This document shows positions 18,003 to 27,863 of a DNA stretch of 64,000 nt, piece after piece. The stretch lies in assembly GCA_025054875.1 (NCBI GenBank), contig JANWYS010000003.1, positions 2,862 to 66,861 of the forward strand, given 5' to 3'. The stretch comes from Cytophagaceae bacterium (GTDB lineage Bacteria > Bacteroidota > Bacteroidia > Cytophagales > Cytophagaceae). Each line of letters opens with the position of its first letter. Within the stretch, counting starts at the first letter, position 1. The notes under the pieces were generated by a model. That model did no database searches. It was not told the origin of the DNA and saw only the letters and a program-made list of their open reading frames with translations. The position numbers and the translations under genes are program-made.

Positions 18003-18518
18003 TCATCGTTTAAACCACTCAGCGTACATAACGTAGTTGTTGGATATACGCATATTAATATCGGCGAATATCTCGGGACTTACTTCTTTAACTTTTTTTG
18101 CGGGCACGCCGGCATAAATGGAGCCGCTTTCTATTCTCGTGTTTTCCAGCACTACAGCACCGGCTGCTATGATTGAATTTTTTTCTATGTATGCGTGGTC
18201 CATCACAATTGAACCCATGCCAATAAGCACATTATCTTCCACACTACATCCGTGCACTATAGCTCTGTGTCCTATGGATACGGAGTTACCTATTGTTGTT
18301 GGGGCTTTTTGATATGTACAGTGAATCACGGCGCCATCCTGCACATTTACTTTGTTGCCTATGCGAATGTAGTGTACATCGCCACGTACTACGCACCCAA
18401 ACCAAAAAGTGCAATCATCCCCTGTCACTACATCGCCTACTATCGTAGCATTGTCGGCAATAAAGTTGTTTTTTCCGAATAACGGATGTTTATCTTTTAC
18501 CGGTAATATCAGTGGCAT
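18003..18518 (-). CDS. gamma-carbonic-anhydrase-like hexapeptide-repeat protein (YrdA/PaaY-like)
   Basis: Left-handed beta-helix repeats with the conserved His pattern (IGHRAIVHGC). 171 aa. Confidence 0.8.
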   Translation of the reverse strand: MPLILPVKDKHPLFGKNNFIADNATIVGDVVTGDDCTFWFGCVVRGDVHYIRIGNKVNVQDGAVIHCTYQKAPTTIGNSVSIGHRAIVHGCSVEDNVLIGMGSIVMDHAYIEKNSIIAAGAVVLENTRIESGSIYAGVPAKKVKEVSPEIFADINMRISNNYVMYAEWFKR

Positions 18519-18930
18519 CTAAATCAGATTATATGTCGGTAAATATATATGGATTTTATGTAATGAAAAATGGTCATACAGCAACTTGTAAATACGATTC
18601 CTAAATGCCTCATCTGTTATGCAGATCGAAATAAAATTACTCAATCGCTCAATAGTTTTTTGATTGTGCATTCAAACTGCTACGGCTATATGAGTTCAGT
18701 TTATCATCAAGAAGTTTGAATTCGTAAAGTCATGCAGCAGGTGTTGGCCATACAACGAAATCAATTACATACCACGTGTAATGGATCATGAGAATCTCGT
18801 TTTATCAATCAGACAGAGGCTTTTGCTGTTTTTTATCATCCACAAATTATCAACCTGTTATCCTCATAATATTTTTTACACTTTATTTGAGGTATCTTTG
18901 GAGTCCTTTTCTCATATAATAGAGCACACA

Positions 18931-19671
18931 ATGAAAAGATTGTTAAGTTTTTTTTCAAGAAAAAAACCGCAGCATAAATCCGGTACAAACAGCCATCTTC
19001 ATACATACCGGTTAAAAGGATATACTGAGGAAGAAATGTTTGGCAAAGAAGATGTAAAGGAAATCATAGACGATTTTGAAAAAGCTGTGAAATATCTTTC
19101 TGTGCGCATATATAACAAAGACTACATATTGTCTTTTAAGCATGATGAATTAGTATACAGAAAAGACCTTGAAGGTACGGTAACCGTATTGGTGCTTGAC
19201 CTGCCACACTCTGTAGAAAGCCTGCTACGTATGAACGTAGAAAAGTGGAGCAAAAACGACGATGAGCTTTTTGCAATAGCTATACAAAATGTTGCAGAAA
19301 AATATAAAAGAGAGGTAGAAAAAACCGACCAAATATTTTATACCCTCACCGGAGATGATGTGTTTATTACTTCTTCTGTATTTCATCTTTCTTCTTACCC
19401 CGCTCTGATGGGTAAGTATGGAGCAATATTTTGTATACCCACACGACATATACTACTGGTATGCCCGATAAGCAGTGATCTAGATGCGGAGGTATGTCTC
19501 CAACTAATGATACCTCTTGCCGATAAAAAAACGGAAGAAGATGCAGAAAACGCCATTACCAACAACCTGTTTTGGCACTATAATGGAACGAATGAACTCA
19601 TCTACACCTATTATCTGCCTAATCGTTTAAAGTATGTATTGCCGCCGGACCTGGAAGAAATGATTTATTAA
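18931..19671 (+). CDS. hypothetical protein
   Basis: The ORF runs 18781-19671, and the ATG at 18931 (MKRLLSFF...) is the more plausible start. No recognisable motif. Confidence 0.5.
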   Translation: MKRLLSFFSRKKPQHKSGTNSHLHTYRLKGYTEEEMFGKEDVKEIIDDFEKAVKYLSVRIYNKDYILSFKHDELVYRKDLEGTVTVLVLDLPHSVESLLRMNVEKWSKNDDELFAIAIQNVAEKYKREVEKTDQIFYTLTGDDVFITSSVFHLSSYPALMGKYGAIFCIPTRHILLVCPISSDLDAEVCLQLMIPLADKKTEEDAENAITNNLFWHYNGTNELIYTYYLPNRLKYVLPPDLEEMIY

Positions 19672-19950
19672 TTGCTTGAGATACTCGAAGGTAAATGAAT
19701 GCTTTCGTTTAAAGTCTTAGCCGGATAGTCTGCAACAAAAGGTTTACAAACTATATTGGGTTAAACACATTTTATACAAAAGAGACATTGGTTTCAGAAT
19801 ATCAAATTCATTGTTTCTAATGCATGGGATCAGAAGATGTAGCTTTCAACAATTTTGCAAACGGTAAGTTATCATGACGGGTAAATAAAATTCTGCATAA
19901 ATAGGCTTATACATGTGTGTATGTTACTGGTGTGCACAAAGTTGCATATT

Positions 19951-20046
19951 CCCTGCCAGGGATAGAACGGAAAGCCCGCAGCATAGCGCGGGTTCTGTGC
20001 CTGGGCTGCGAGGACTTGCAGTGATAGCCCGGCCGCCGGCCTGCGA
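19951..20046 (-). repeat. diverged, inverted member of the GC-rich repeat superfamily
   Basis: The reverse complement shares the end modules GCCGGGCT(A/G)TC and (C/T)ATCCCT(G/C)GC with copies A-C. It is a GC island in an AT-rich spacer. Confidence 0.6.
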
Positions 20047-20261
20047 ATTCCATACAAAAGATGCTGAAATATAGCAACAGGGTAATTTGTACTTGCTATA
20101 CACCGCATATCATATGATAAGGCCGACGGGGCGGTATGAAGGAAATAATAACTCTCATCATACACCTGTACAATGTTCTATTTCAAACCACCTGAATTGT
20201 TCTTTTATGAAGCATTTTTTGTACCTTGTTGCGCTTTCGATGTCAGAGTATAAGAACAATT

Positions 20262-21233
20262 ATGCAATACAGAAAATTCGGAAAAACAGGGTGGCAAGTC
20301 AGCGAAGTAGGCTACGGCATGTGGGGTCTTGCGAGCTGGAAGGGTTCGGATGAACGTGAGTACATGGCTGCATTAGATATGGCTGTGGAAATGGGATGCA
20401 ATTTTTTCGATACAGCGTGGGCATATGGCGCCGGTCTCAGCGAGCAAGTATTGGGAAAAATCATTAAAAAACACGATACCTCAAAATTGTATGTAGCCAC
20501 CAAAGTACCTCCTAAAAATAGGAAATGGCCGGCTTTAGGTGAGTATACCTTGCAGGATTGCTATCCGTACGAACATATTATAGAGTATACAGAAAAAAGT
20601 TTGAAAAACTTAGGTGTGGATACAATTGACCTGCAGCAGTTTCATACATGGCACGATAACTGGGCATATCAAGATGAATGGAAAGAAGCTGTAATAAAAT
20701 TAAAAAAAGAAGGTAAGATACAACACATGGGAATAAGCGTGAATCGCTGGGAGCCGGAAAACTGCCTGAAAGCGCTTGATAGTGGTCTCATTGATTCTAT
20801 ACAAGTGATATATAACATTTTTGACCAGGCGCCGGAAGATGCATTATTTCCGGTATGTGAGCGATTAAATATAGCCATCATAGCACGTGTGCCTTTTGAT
20901 GAGGGAACACTTACGGGAACTCTCACAAAAGATACAGTTTTTCCTGAAGACGATTGGCGAAGCACGTATTTCGTTCCTGAAAATTTAATACCTAGTGTGG
21001 AGCGTGCCGATAAATTAAAACCTCTTGTGCCTTCCGGAATGACTATGGCCGAAATGGCTCTTAGGTTCATTCTGCACAACAAAACGGTATGCACCGTCAT
21101 ACCCGGTATGCGTACTACAAAAAATGTGAAACAGAATATGGCCGTAAGCGACAACGTATCACTTCCTATGGGTTTAATTAATGAATTGAAAAAACATCGT
21201 TGGGACAGGACTCCCACAAGCTGGTCGCAGTAA
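20262..21233 (+). CDS. aldo/keto reductase
   Basis: MQYRKFGKTGWQVSEVGYGMWG.., FFDTAWAYG.., and conserved AKR blocks. ATG 20262 is preferred over the upstream alternative start. Confidence 0.9.
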   Translation: MQYRKFGKTGWQVSEVGYGMWGLASWKGSDEREYMAALDMAVEMGCNFFDTAWAYGAGLSEQVLGKIIKKHDTSKLYVATKVPPKNRKWPALGEYTLQDCYPYEHIIEYTEKSLKNLGVDTIDLQQFHTWHDNWAYQDEWKEAVIKLKKEGKIQHMGISVNRWEPENCLKALDSGLIDSIQVIYNIFDQAPEDALFPVCERLNIAIIARVPFDEGTLTGTLTKDTVFPEDDWRSTYFVPENLIPSVERADKLKPLVPSGMTMAEMALRFILHNKTVCTVIPGMRTTKNVKQNMAVSDNVSLPMGLINELKKHRWDRTPTSWSQ

Positions 21234-21296
21234 TACTATCATCAAGACATCAGCAGTTGCAATTTTATATTTCACAAAATACCGGTTAGTGGCCGG

Positions 21297-21629
21297 CTAA
21301 TGCGTTTTTACATAGCGTTTCTTTTTTGCTCTTACTTTTTTCTTGTCCTTTCTCATCTGTTTGTTGTGGCGTCTATCAGCTTCTCTTCTTGTTATCTCAT
21401 CTTTTTTTCTTTTAGCTTCTACTTCTTTCTTTTTTTTCTTGAGATTTTTCTTGTCTTCTTTCGTCATTTTTTCCTCTTGTCCTTTTTTAAAGTCGGCTTC
21501 CAAATCTTCTTGAGTTCCCATACCTTTTGCTTTATTTTTCCTCTGTTTGCCCTCCGATTGTGCCACCGAATGATGTTGAATCAATAACAGAAAAAACAAA
21601 AAAATTGCCATGAGTATCATTCTTTTCAT
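21297..21629 (-). CDS. small secreted lysine-rich protein
   Basis: Signal peptide followed by a very K/E/R-rich low-complexity region. No family recognised. Confidence 0.45.
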   Translation of the reverse strand: MKRMILMAIFLFFLLLIQHHSVAQSEGKQRKNKAKGMGTQEDLEADFKKGQEEKMTKEDKKNLKKKKKEVEAKRKKDEITRREADRRHNKQMRKDKKKVRAKKKRYVKTH

Positions 21630-21705
21630 AACCTGTGTTTTTTTTTGAAGTATTATATAGTGAATATACGAATCGTTTGTCTAAATTTCATCGAAATTGA
21701 AAAAG

Positions 21706-22572
21706 ATGAAAGTGATGAAAATAAAATTTTTTATTTCCCTCACCGTATGGGCTATATCCGTTCAATCAGGCCGGAGTCAATATACATCGTTGCTGTGGGA
21801 GGTTCATGGAAATGGTATTAAGAACAAATCATATTTGTATGGAACTATACATATAAAAGACAAACGCGTGTTTGAACTTAAGCCCTCTGTAAAACGAGCA
21901 TTCAAGAAATGCAAAGCTTTTGCAGGCGAGGTCATTTTGAGTAGCGATTCCATGATGATGATGGCAGAATACATGCTCATGCCGCCCGGAAAGCAACTTA
22001 GCGATATGATGAGTAAAGAAGATTATGAAAAAGTATTGGAAAAGATTAATGAAAAATTTAAAGAATTATCTTTTATCGCTAACATGATTAAACCTATCTA
22101 CCTGGGCATTTTACTCGGGTATGAAGAATTCCCCGAATCTATGCCCTATAGCTTAGACGAGCAACTGCAAATAGAGGCTGAAAGTAATAAAAAGAAAATA
22201 TTCGGCCTGGAGTCAATTCGTGAACAATTGGAAACACTCAACAGCATGCCAATGGAAGATCAAATAAAAACTCTCATAGAACTGGTAAATAATGATGATG
22301 AAAAAAATCAAATGTTCGATTCGCTCGTGCAGATATATCTTTCTCAAAATTTAGATTCTCTCTACAGCTTTGTAATACAAAGCGAATATTTGTCAAAAGA
22401 ATTCAACCTCGTGTTACTAAAGAATAGAAACATAAAAATGACAGAAAGAATAGAAGCTATTATTAAGAAACATGGTACATTTATAGCTGTGGGAGCTGCT
22501 CATTTGCCGGGCGAATACGGATTAATTGATTTGTTGCGTAGTAAAGGTTATGTGGTGAAACCCGTGTATTAA
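21706..22572 (+). CDS. TraB/GumN-family protein
   Basis: GTIHIKDKRVF near the N-terminus and AVGAAHLPGEYGLIDLLRSKGY near the C-terminus are TraB/GumN hallmarks. Confidence 0.8.
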   Translation: MKVMKIKFFISLTVWAISVQSGRSQYTSLLWEVHGNGIKNKSYLYGTIHIKDKRVFELKPSVKRAFKKCKAFAGEVILSSDSMMMMAEYMLMPPGKQLSDMMSKEDYEKVLEKINEKFKELSFIANMIKPIYLGILLGYEEFPESMPYSLDEQLQIEAESNKKKIFGLESIREQLETLNSMPMEDQIKTLIELVNNDDEKNQMFDSLVQIYLSQNLDSLYSFVIQSEYLSKEFNLVLLKNRNIKMTERIEAIIKKHGTFIAVGAAHLPGEYGLIDLLRSKGYVVKPVY

Positions 22573-22925
22573 AGACATGTAAGAGATAATAAAATATTCA
22601 GACAGGTAGTAAAAAGTTTTACAGTAATATAAAATTCTCCCAGGTTCTTGTTCTGACTGATTTAAGAAATACAATGCTTGATGTCATTAACATGCATAAG
22701 GTGAACGTTTTTTGATTATGCTGATCTGACAGTAACCATATGCCATAGGTATAAGGTTTAATAACAATTTACATATATCTCGGCGATGGGAATAAGTTTA
22801 GAAAAATAACGCTTCTGCTAACCCTATTTTATGCTGCAGGGACGTTCGTTAGAATCGCATAGAGTGCTTACTTACGCATAGCAACATAATAAAAGACATA
22901 TCCTTTTTCAATTTCAACATAGATT

Positions 22926-23197
22926 CCGCATTAGCGAAAAGTTTGGTGAATGTTTTATTTTGGGCGCGCCCTATCGGGCCGGGCTGTCCGCCACTTCGCT
23001 GTCGCTTCGGTGCTCCGCTAAAGCTCCGCACTGGCCTTGCAGGCCATGGCTACCATCCCTCGCGCAGGTTCTCTCGAATTTTTCAATTTCATAAGAAAAT
23101 GTGAGTTCCTGAAGAAGTCTGGGCGCCGCCCTTTAGGGCGGCGCCCAGACCTAAATCTTTCAAGAAAAAAAACACCTCATCGTCCGTTGCCATTGAG
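22926..23197 (+). repeat. GC-rich structured intergenic repeat, copy B
   Basis: Collinear with copy A. Hairpins TGGCCT-tgc-AGGCCA (23032-23046) and TCTGGGCGCCGCCC-ttta-GGGCGGCGCCCAGA (23118-23149) both carry compensatory changes relative to copy A. Confidence 0.9.
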
Positions 23198-23538
23198 ACC
23201 CGTGCACAGCGAAGATCCGAACCTAAGCCTGAACTTTTTTTCTACCGCTGAAGCTGCCTTTAATCAGTTATTTGGAAGTAAAAATTTTTCTATTTTATAC
23301 TTATTGAAAAAATTACGGTGTCATGATTTAGTAAGAGAAAGTATTGGCCAAACTATCAGAAAAGTTATGCCTCTCATTGCAGATTGTTAACATTGTTGAG
23401 TGTATAAAATGCGTCAGGATGTTTTATGAGTATATTTTTTTTCTTAACTTTCACATCCTTTGCTGTTGCGAAACAGCGCACACGTTTGCTTAAACAAAGG
23501 ATTGTAATGCATTTTTGTTTCGCCGTACATTGTTAATT

Positions 23539-26487
23539 ATGAAAGTATCCACTTCAGCACCGTTTCAAATTATATATTCATATTTGCAGCATGAATATCT
23601 TGGATACATAATTGAACCATATGCCGTTCAGTTAGACGCAAACGGGAAATTGACGTTAAAACACCAGCATATATCGGCGAAAAATGCTGCAGAGTTTGCC
23701 TCACGAATGGACGAAACCGACAAAATACTTATTCAACTATGTGATGACATATCGCAAGAATCCATAGTACGTAAGTATACTAAAGGAAGTAAAGGCACAA
23801 ATAAAAAAATCAGTCATCAGGAATTTTTTTTTCGGGTGTTTAATAAAATAAAGCCCGATCCCCTGCAATCATATATTATTTCATTCGTAGAGCAAAGAGT
23901 GAACGAAATGCTGCTGCTCATGCACGATCGTATGTTTTTTGAAATGGGAAATGACGGCGAACCTACATGGAAACGTATACACGTGCTCACGCAAAAGGCT
24001 ACGGTCTTGTTTCACTTCATGCGAAATGAAGAAAATACACATTACTTCCCCACGATTAAATATGAAAATGAGAAAATAGATTTTCAATACAAAAATGCCG
24101 TATTGCTATGTAATCATCCCGCCTGGCTTGTAGTAGACGACAAAGCATTTACTTTTGAAAAAGAAGTTGACGGGCACAAGTTGAGGCCTTTTCTTCGTAA
24201 AAAATTTATTGAAATTCCAAAAAAGATGGAGGAAGAGTATTATGAAAAATTCATCTCTCCACTCATTGCCTCTTTTGATGTGCACGCCAAAGGGTTTAAA
24301 ATAAATACAGAACAGTATCAACCCAAACCCTTGCTGCAGTTTTCTGAATTGGCTATGGTAGGTACTCTCAACGTTTTTGCAGGCGAAACCACTGACATTG
24401 AAGAACTCGAAGAAACCGAATCAAAAATAGTTTTCGGCCTGTATTTCAAATATGGAGACTTCGTATTTCCGTCATCCAACCATTCTCCTTGTCATGTAAA
24501 AATGGAGAAAACAGAAGATTCCTACATCTTTCACAAAGTTCGGCGCTCAATTGAGTGGGAGCAATACATCATCAACGAAATAAAAAACATGGGTATAGAC
24601 TTGCAGCGCGGCAAAAAAGACCTGCCCAAAGCCGCTGCCTTTGCATGGATTAAAAAACACCGGAATAGACTCATAGAACTAGGCTTTGATATAAAGCAAG
24701 ACAGCAAAGATGATAAAAAGTATTTTTTCGGAGAATCCAGCATAAACATAGAAGTTAAAGAAAGCAACGACTGGTTTGACATTCATGCCGTAATCCGATT
24801 CGGTGAGTTTGAAATACCTTTCATTAAAATTCGAAAATATATCATCAAAGGCATCCGGGAGTTTGAATTGCCCAATGGTGAAATTGCCATAATTCCTGAG
24901 GAGTGGTTTCAGCAATACAATGAATTGTTCGCTTTTGTAGAAGATGAAGAAGAGGAGTCTCTACGCCTGAAAAAACATCATGTAAGTTTAGTACAGGATC
25001 TGAAAGCTGGTAATCTGGCTAAAGTGGAAATATCTTCAAAACTTGAAGCACTAAAAGATTTTGATAAAATTGAAGACTACAGCTTACCTTCCTTTTTCAA
25101 CGGACAGTTGCGTCCTTATCAAAAAGCCGGATACAATTGGATGAGATTTTTAGCCAGCTACAACCTTGGAGGGTGCCTGGCAGATGACATGGGGTTGGGA
25201 AAGACCGTGCAAACTCTCGCTATAATAGCACACCAGAAAGAAGCCGGCGCCACATCGGCAAGCCTGCTCATAATGCCTACATCTCTCATTTACAACTGGC
25301 AAAAAGAAGCTTCTAAATTTACTCCCGAATTGAAACTGTTTAACTACACCGGTATAAATCGTGAAAAAAATGTAGAACAATTTTCCGGATACGACCTGGT
25401 CATCACTTCTTACGGCACTGCACGACGTGATATTGAAGAACTCAAAAATTATTACTTCAACTACATCATACTCGATGAGTCGCAGGCCATAAAAAATCCC
25501 GATTCAAATACCGCTCGCGCCATACGGCAACTCAAATCCCGCCACAAGCTCATACTTACAGGTACACCGATAGAAAACAGCACACTCGACCTATGGTCGC
25601 AAATGAATTTTATAAACCCCGGCCTTTTAGGTTCGGAGGCCTTTTTTAAAAAAGAATTTCTTACTCCTATAGAAAAAAAACATGATGAAGAAAAAACCAA
25701 AAAGCTGCACAGCCTCATAAAACCCTTCATACTCAGAAGACACAAATCGCAAGTAGCTACCGAGTTGCCGGAAAAAATTGAAAACATTCATTACTCCTCC
25801 ATGACTGCAGCACAAGAACAGCTGTATGAGAAAACTAAATCGGCCTATCGTAACGAAATATTAGATTCAATAGAGCACAGAGGTGTGGGGGGCTCACAAA
25901 TATTACTACTGGAAGGCCTCACCAAACTTCGCCAAATTGCCAATCATCCATCTATGGTTGATGATAACTACGAGGGCGATTCCGGCAAGCTCATAGATGT
26001 AATGCACATGATGCATACTGCCTTGGCAAAAAATCACAAAATTTTACTCTTTAGTCAGTTTGTTAAACACTTAAATATCCTCAGAAAACAGTTTGAGGAC
26101 TTGAATTTACCATATGCCTATCTCGACGGCCGTACCAAAGACCGCGAAGAGCAGGTAGAAAAATTTCAAAACAATGACAACATAAGATTGTTTTTAATTT
26201 CTCTAAAAGCAGGTGGTGTGGGTCTGAACCTCACTTCTGCCGACTATGTATTCATATTAGACCCATGGTGGAATCCCGCCATAGAAGCTCAAGCCATTGA
26301 TAGGGCGTATCGAATCGGTCAAAAAAATACTGTGTTTACCTATAAATTTATAACACAAAACAGCGTGGAAGAAAAAATACTCAATCTGCAGCGACATAAG
26401 CAAAAACTTGCCAGCGACCTTATCACCACAGAAGAAAGTTTTGTGAAAAATCTATCCAAAGAAGATATCGTTTCTATATTCGATTAA
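23539..26487 (+). CDS. SNF2-family helicase/ATPase with a roughly 500-aa N-terminal region of unknown function
   Basis: SNF2_N motifs (LADDMGLGKT, DESQAIKN, LTGTPIEN) and helicase-C motifs (LISLKAGGVGLNLTSADYVFILDPWWNPA..QAIDRAYRIGQ). Confidence 0.9.
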   Translation: MKVSTSAPFQIIYSYLQHEYLGYIIEPYAVQLDANGKLTLKHQHISAKNAAEFASRMDETDKILIQLCDDISQESIVRKYTKGSKGTNKKISHQEFFFRVFNKIKPDPLQSYIISFVEQRVNEMLLLMHDRMFFEMGNDGEPTWKRIHVLTQKATVLFHFMRNEENTHYFPTIKYENEKIDFQYKNAVLLCNHPAWLVVDDKAFTFEKEVDGHKLRPFLRKKFIEIPKKMEEEYYEKFISPLIASFDVHAKGFKINTEQYQPKPLLQFSELAMVGTLNVFAGETTDIEELEETESKIVFGLYFKYGDFVFPSSNHSPCHVKMEKTEDSYIFHKVRRSIEWEQYIINEIKNMGIDLQRGKKDLPKAAAFAWIKKHRNRLIELGFDIKQDSKDDKKYFFGESSINIEVKESNDWFDIHAVIRFGEFEIPFIKIRKYIIKGIREFELPNGEIAIIPEEWFQQYNELFAFVEDEEEESLRLKKHHVSLVQDLKAGNLAKVEISSKLEALKDFDKIEDYSLPSFFNGQLRPYQKAGYNWMRFLASYNLGGCLADDMGLGKTVQTLAIIAHQKEAGATSASLLIMPTSLIYNWQKEASKFTPELKLFNYTGINREKNVEQFSGYDLVITSYGTARRDIEELKNYYFNYIILDESQAIKNPDSNTARAIRQLKSRHKLILTGTPIENSTLDLWSQMNFINPGLLGSEAFFKKEFLTPIEKKHDEEKTKKLHSLIKPFILRRHKSQVATELPEKIENIHYSSMTAAQEQLYEKTKSAYRNEILDSIEHRGVGGSQILLLEGLTKLRQIANHPSMVDDNYEGDSGKLIDVMHMMHTALAKNHKILLFSQFVKHLNILRKQFEDLNLPYAYLDGRTKDREEQVEKFQNNDNIRLFLISLKAGGVGLNLTSADYVFILDPWWNPAIEAQAIDRAYRIGQKNTVFTYKFITQNSVEEKILNLQRHKQKLASDLITTEESFVKNLSKEDIVSIFD

Positions 26488-26506
26488 TTTTCTCTGAAAA
26501 CTAAAT

Positions 26507-27079
26507 TCAATGCTCCAGCCGAATACCCATTTTCAATCCGGCCAAAGTACGTAGATAATACGTTTCGCCTGTGCGTAAGCCTGTTGACTTTATCTTGTAC
26601 AAAATTTTTACATATCTCGCTTTTTGCATACGCTTATATTTCTCCTCGTCAAGATATAATACAGTGATACTCGTTACCTCCTCTTTCTCAGAGCTAATAT
26701 GCGAGGCAACAAAAGTATTCTGTATATCAAAAAGTGAATCTGTAATAGTTTTGTTGTTGTTCAGAAAATACATTTGAATTTTTACTCTTACCGGCAAGTT
26801 GTGTTGATTTATGACTTTTAACTCTGCATATCGGATGGGAGTTTGAGAGGAAGACTCTTTTATATCCCATTCAGGCATAGTTATCAAAACCGTATCGTGC
26901 AGGTGAAGGGTATCTGAGATTTCAATTAAGTTGTTTGTGAATTGTATGTTACTGCTAAGTAAGGGCAATACAACATCCGGAGTGTATGGCAAGTATTCTG
27001 CCTTTTTAAATTCATCCAGGTCCTTTTTAAAACATGACCCAAAGAGGAGTACTACACTTAATAATGCGACTCTTTTCAT
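26507..27079 (-). CDS. hypothetical lipoprotein
   Basis: Signal peptide with a lipobox-like LFGSC. No recognisable domain. Confidence 0.5.
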   Translation of the reverse strand: MKRVALLSVVLLFGSCFKKDLDEFKKAEYLPYTPDVVLPLLSSNIQFTNNLIEISDTLHLHDTVLITMPEWDIKESSSQTPIRYAELKVINQHNLPVRVKIQMYFLNNNKTITDSLFDIQNTFVASHISSEKEEVTSITVLYLDEEKYKRMQKARYVKILYKIKSTGLRTGETYYLRTLAGLKMGIRLEH

Positions 27080-27354
27080 AACATTTTCAATATTATTAAA
27101 CGCATTTGGCCGGATATTAGTTTTACTCGCAAAACATACAGAATTACGCTATGTAAAATTCAACGTCATCACAATCGCACTTAGTGTCTTATATCCGAAG
27201 CTATCTCCATGTACTTAAGTTTTCATGACCAAGTCGTTTCAAGGCTTTGGAGCAAAATTATTACGTCAAAACGAAATCCGGTTTTTCTGATGAAAATAGG
27301 TTCGTTTAATAGAGATAATAGAGACCTTTTTTAAGAGGATGCATAGGCTGAATG

Positions 27355-27849
27355 CTATTCATGAATGAATTCCCACCTTTCAAACATAGCGGCTTGGCCG
27401 TGATACAGGCCATTTTCATCTGTGATATTCCAAAGTATGGTGTCGTATATTCTGAATCGCTCACCAATTGAAGTGATGCGTACTCCTGTGTAATCCGGTA
27501 TGAATCCATATGTTTTGGCACGCTTCAGCAATGCGTCACGTTCGGCTTGCATCATGGGTTCAGCAGAGTATCTGGAAGGGAGTTTTACAAAATCCTGCCA
27601 TGACAGTTTCCACAATGCTTGCGCAGCAAGATTGGCGTAGTTAAATACAGGATCGGCTTCCGTGCCATGAGATACCACCACAAAAGGCGCATGATACAGT
27701 ATTTCGGCAAGCTCAGATGCTTTCAGGTTTTTATAATCGGGTATGAGCATGCGGCCGGTGTATGTTTGAAAACTACTGCATAAAAGCTGAACATGGCGAA
27801 TAGCAAAGTCAGACAGATGAGGCTTATCGTTCATATGTTTTTTATGCAA
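27355..27849 (-). CDS. MEKHLA-domain protein
   Basis: Blocks APFVVVSHGTEADPVFNYANLAAQALW..SWQDF..LPSRYSAEP are typical of bacterial MEKHLA proteins. Confidence 0.65.
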   Translation of the reverse strand: MHKKHMNDKPHLSDFAIRHVQLLCSSFQTYTGRMLIPDYKNLKASELAEILYHAPFVVVSHGTEADPVFNYANLAAQALWKLSWQDFVKLPSRYSAEPMMQAERDALLKRAKTYGFIPDYTGVRITSIGERFRIYDTILWNITDENGLYHGQAAMFERWEFIHE

Positions 27850-27863
27850 ACGATGTATACAGG

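Noticed and set aside
23539-26487. SNF2 helicase as part of a phage-defence system (DISARM/BREX-like)
   Set aside because: No methyltransferase, PLD/nuclease, DUF1998 or other defence partner is adjacent. The neighbours are a repeat element and a convergent lipoprotein gene. Large SNF2 proteins of this layout appear to be ordinary conserved Bacteroidota genes.
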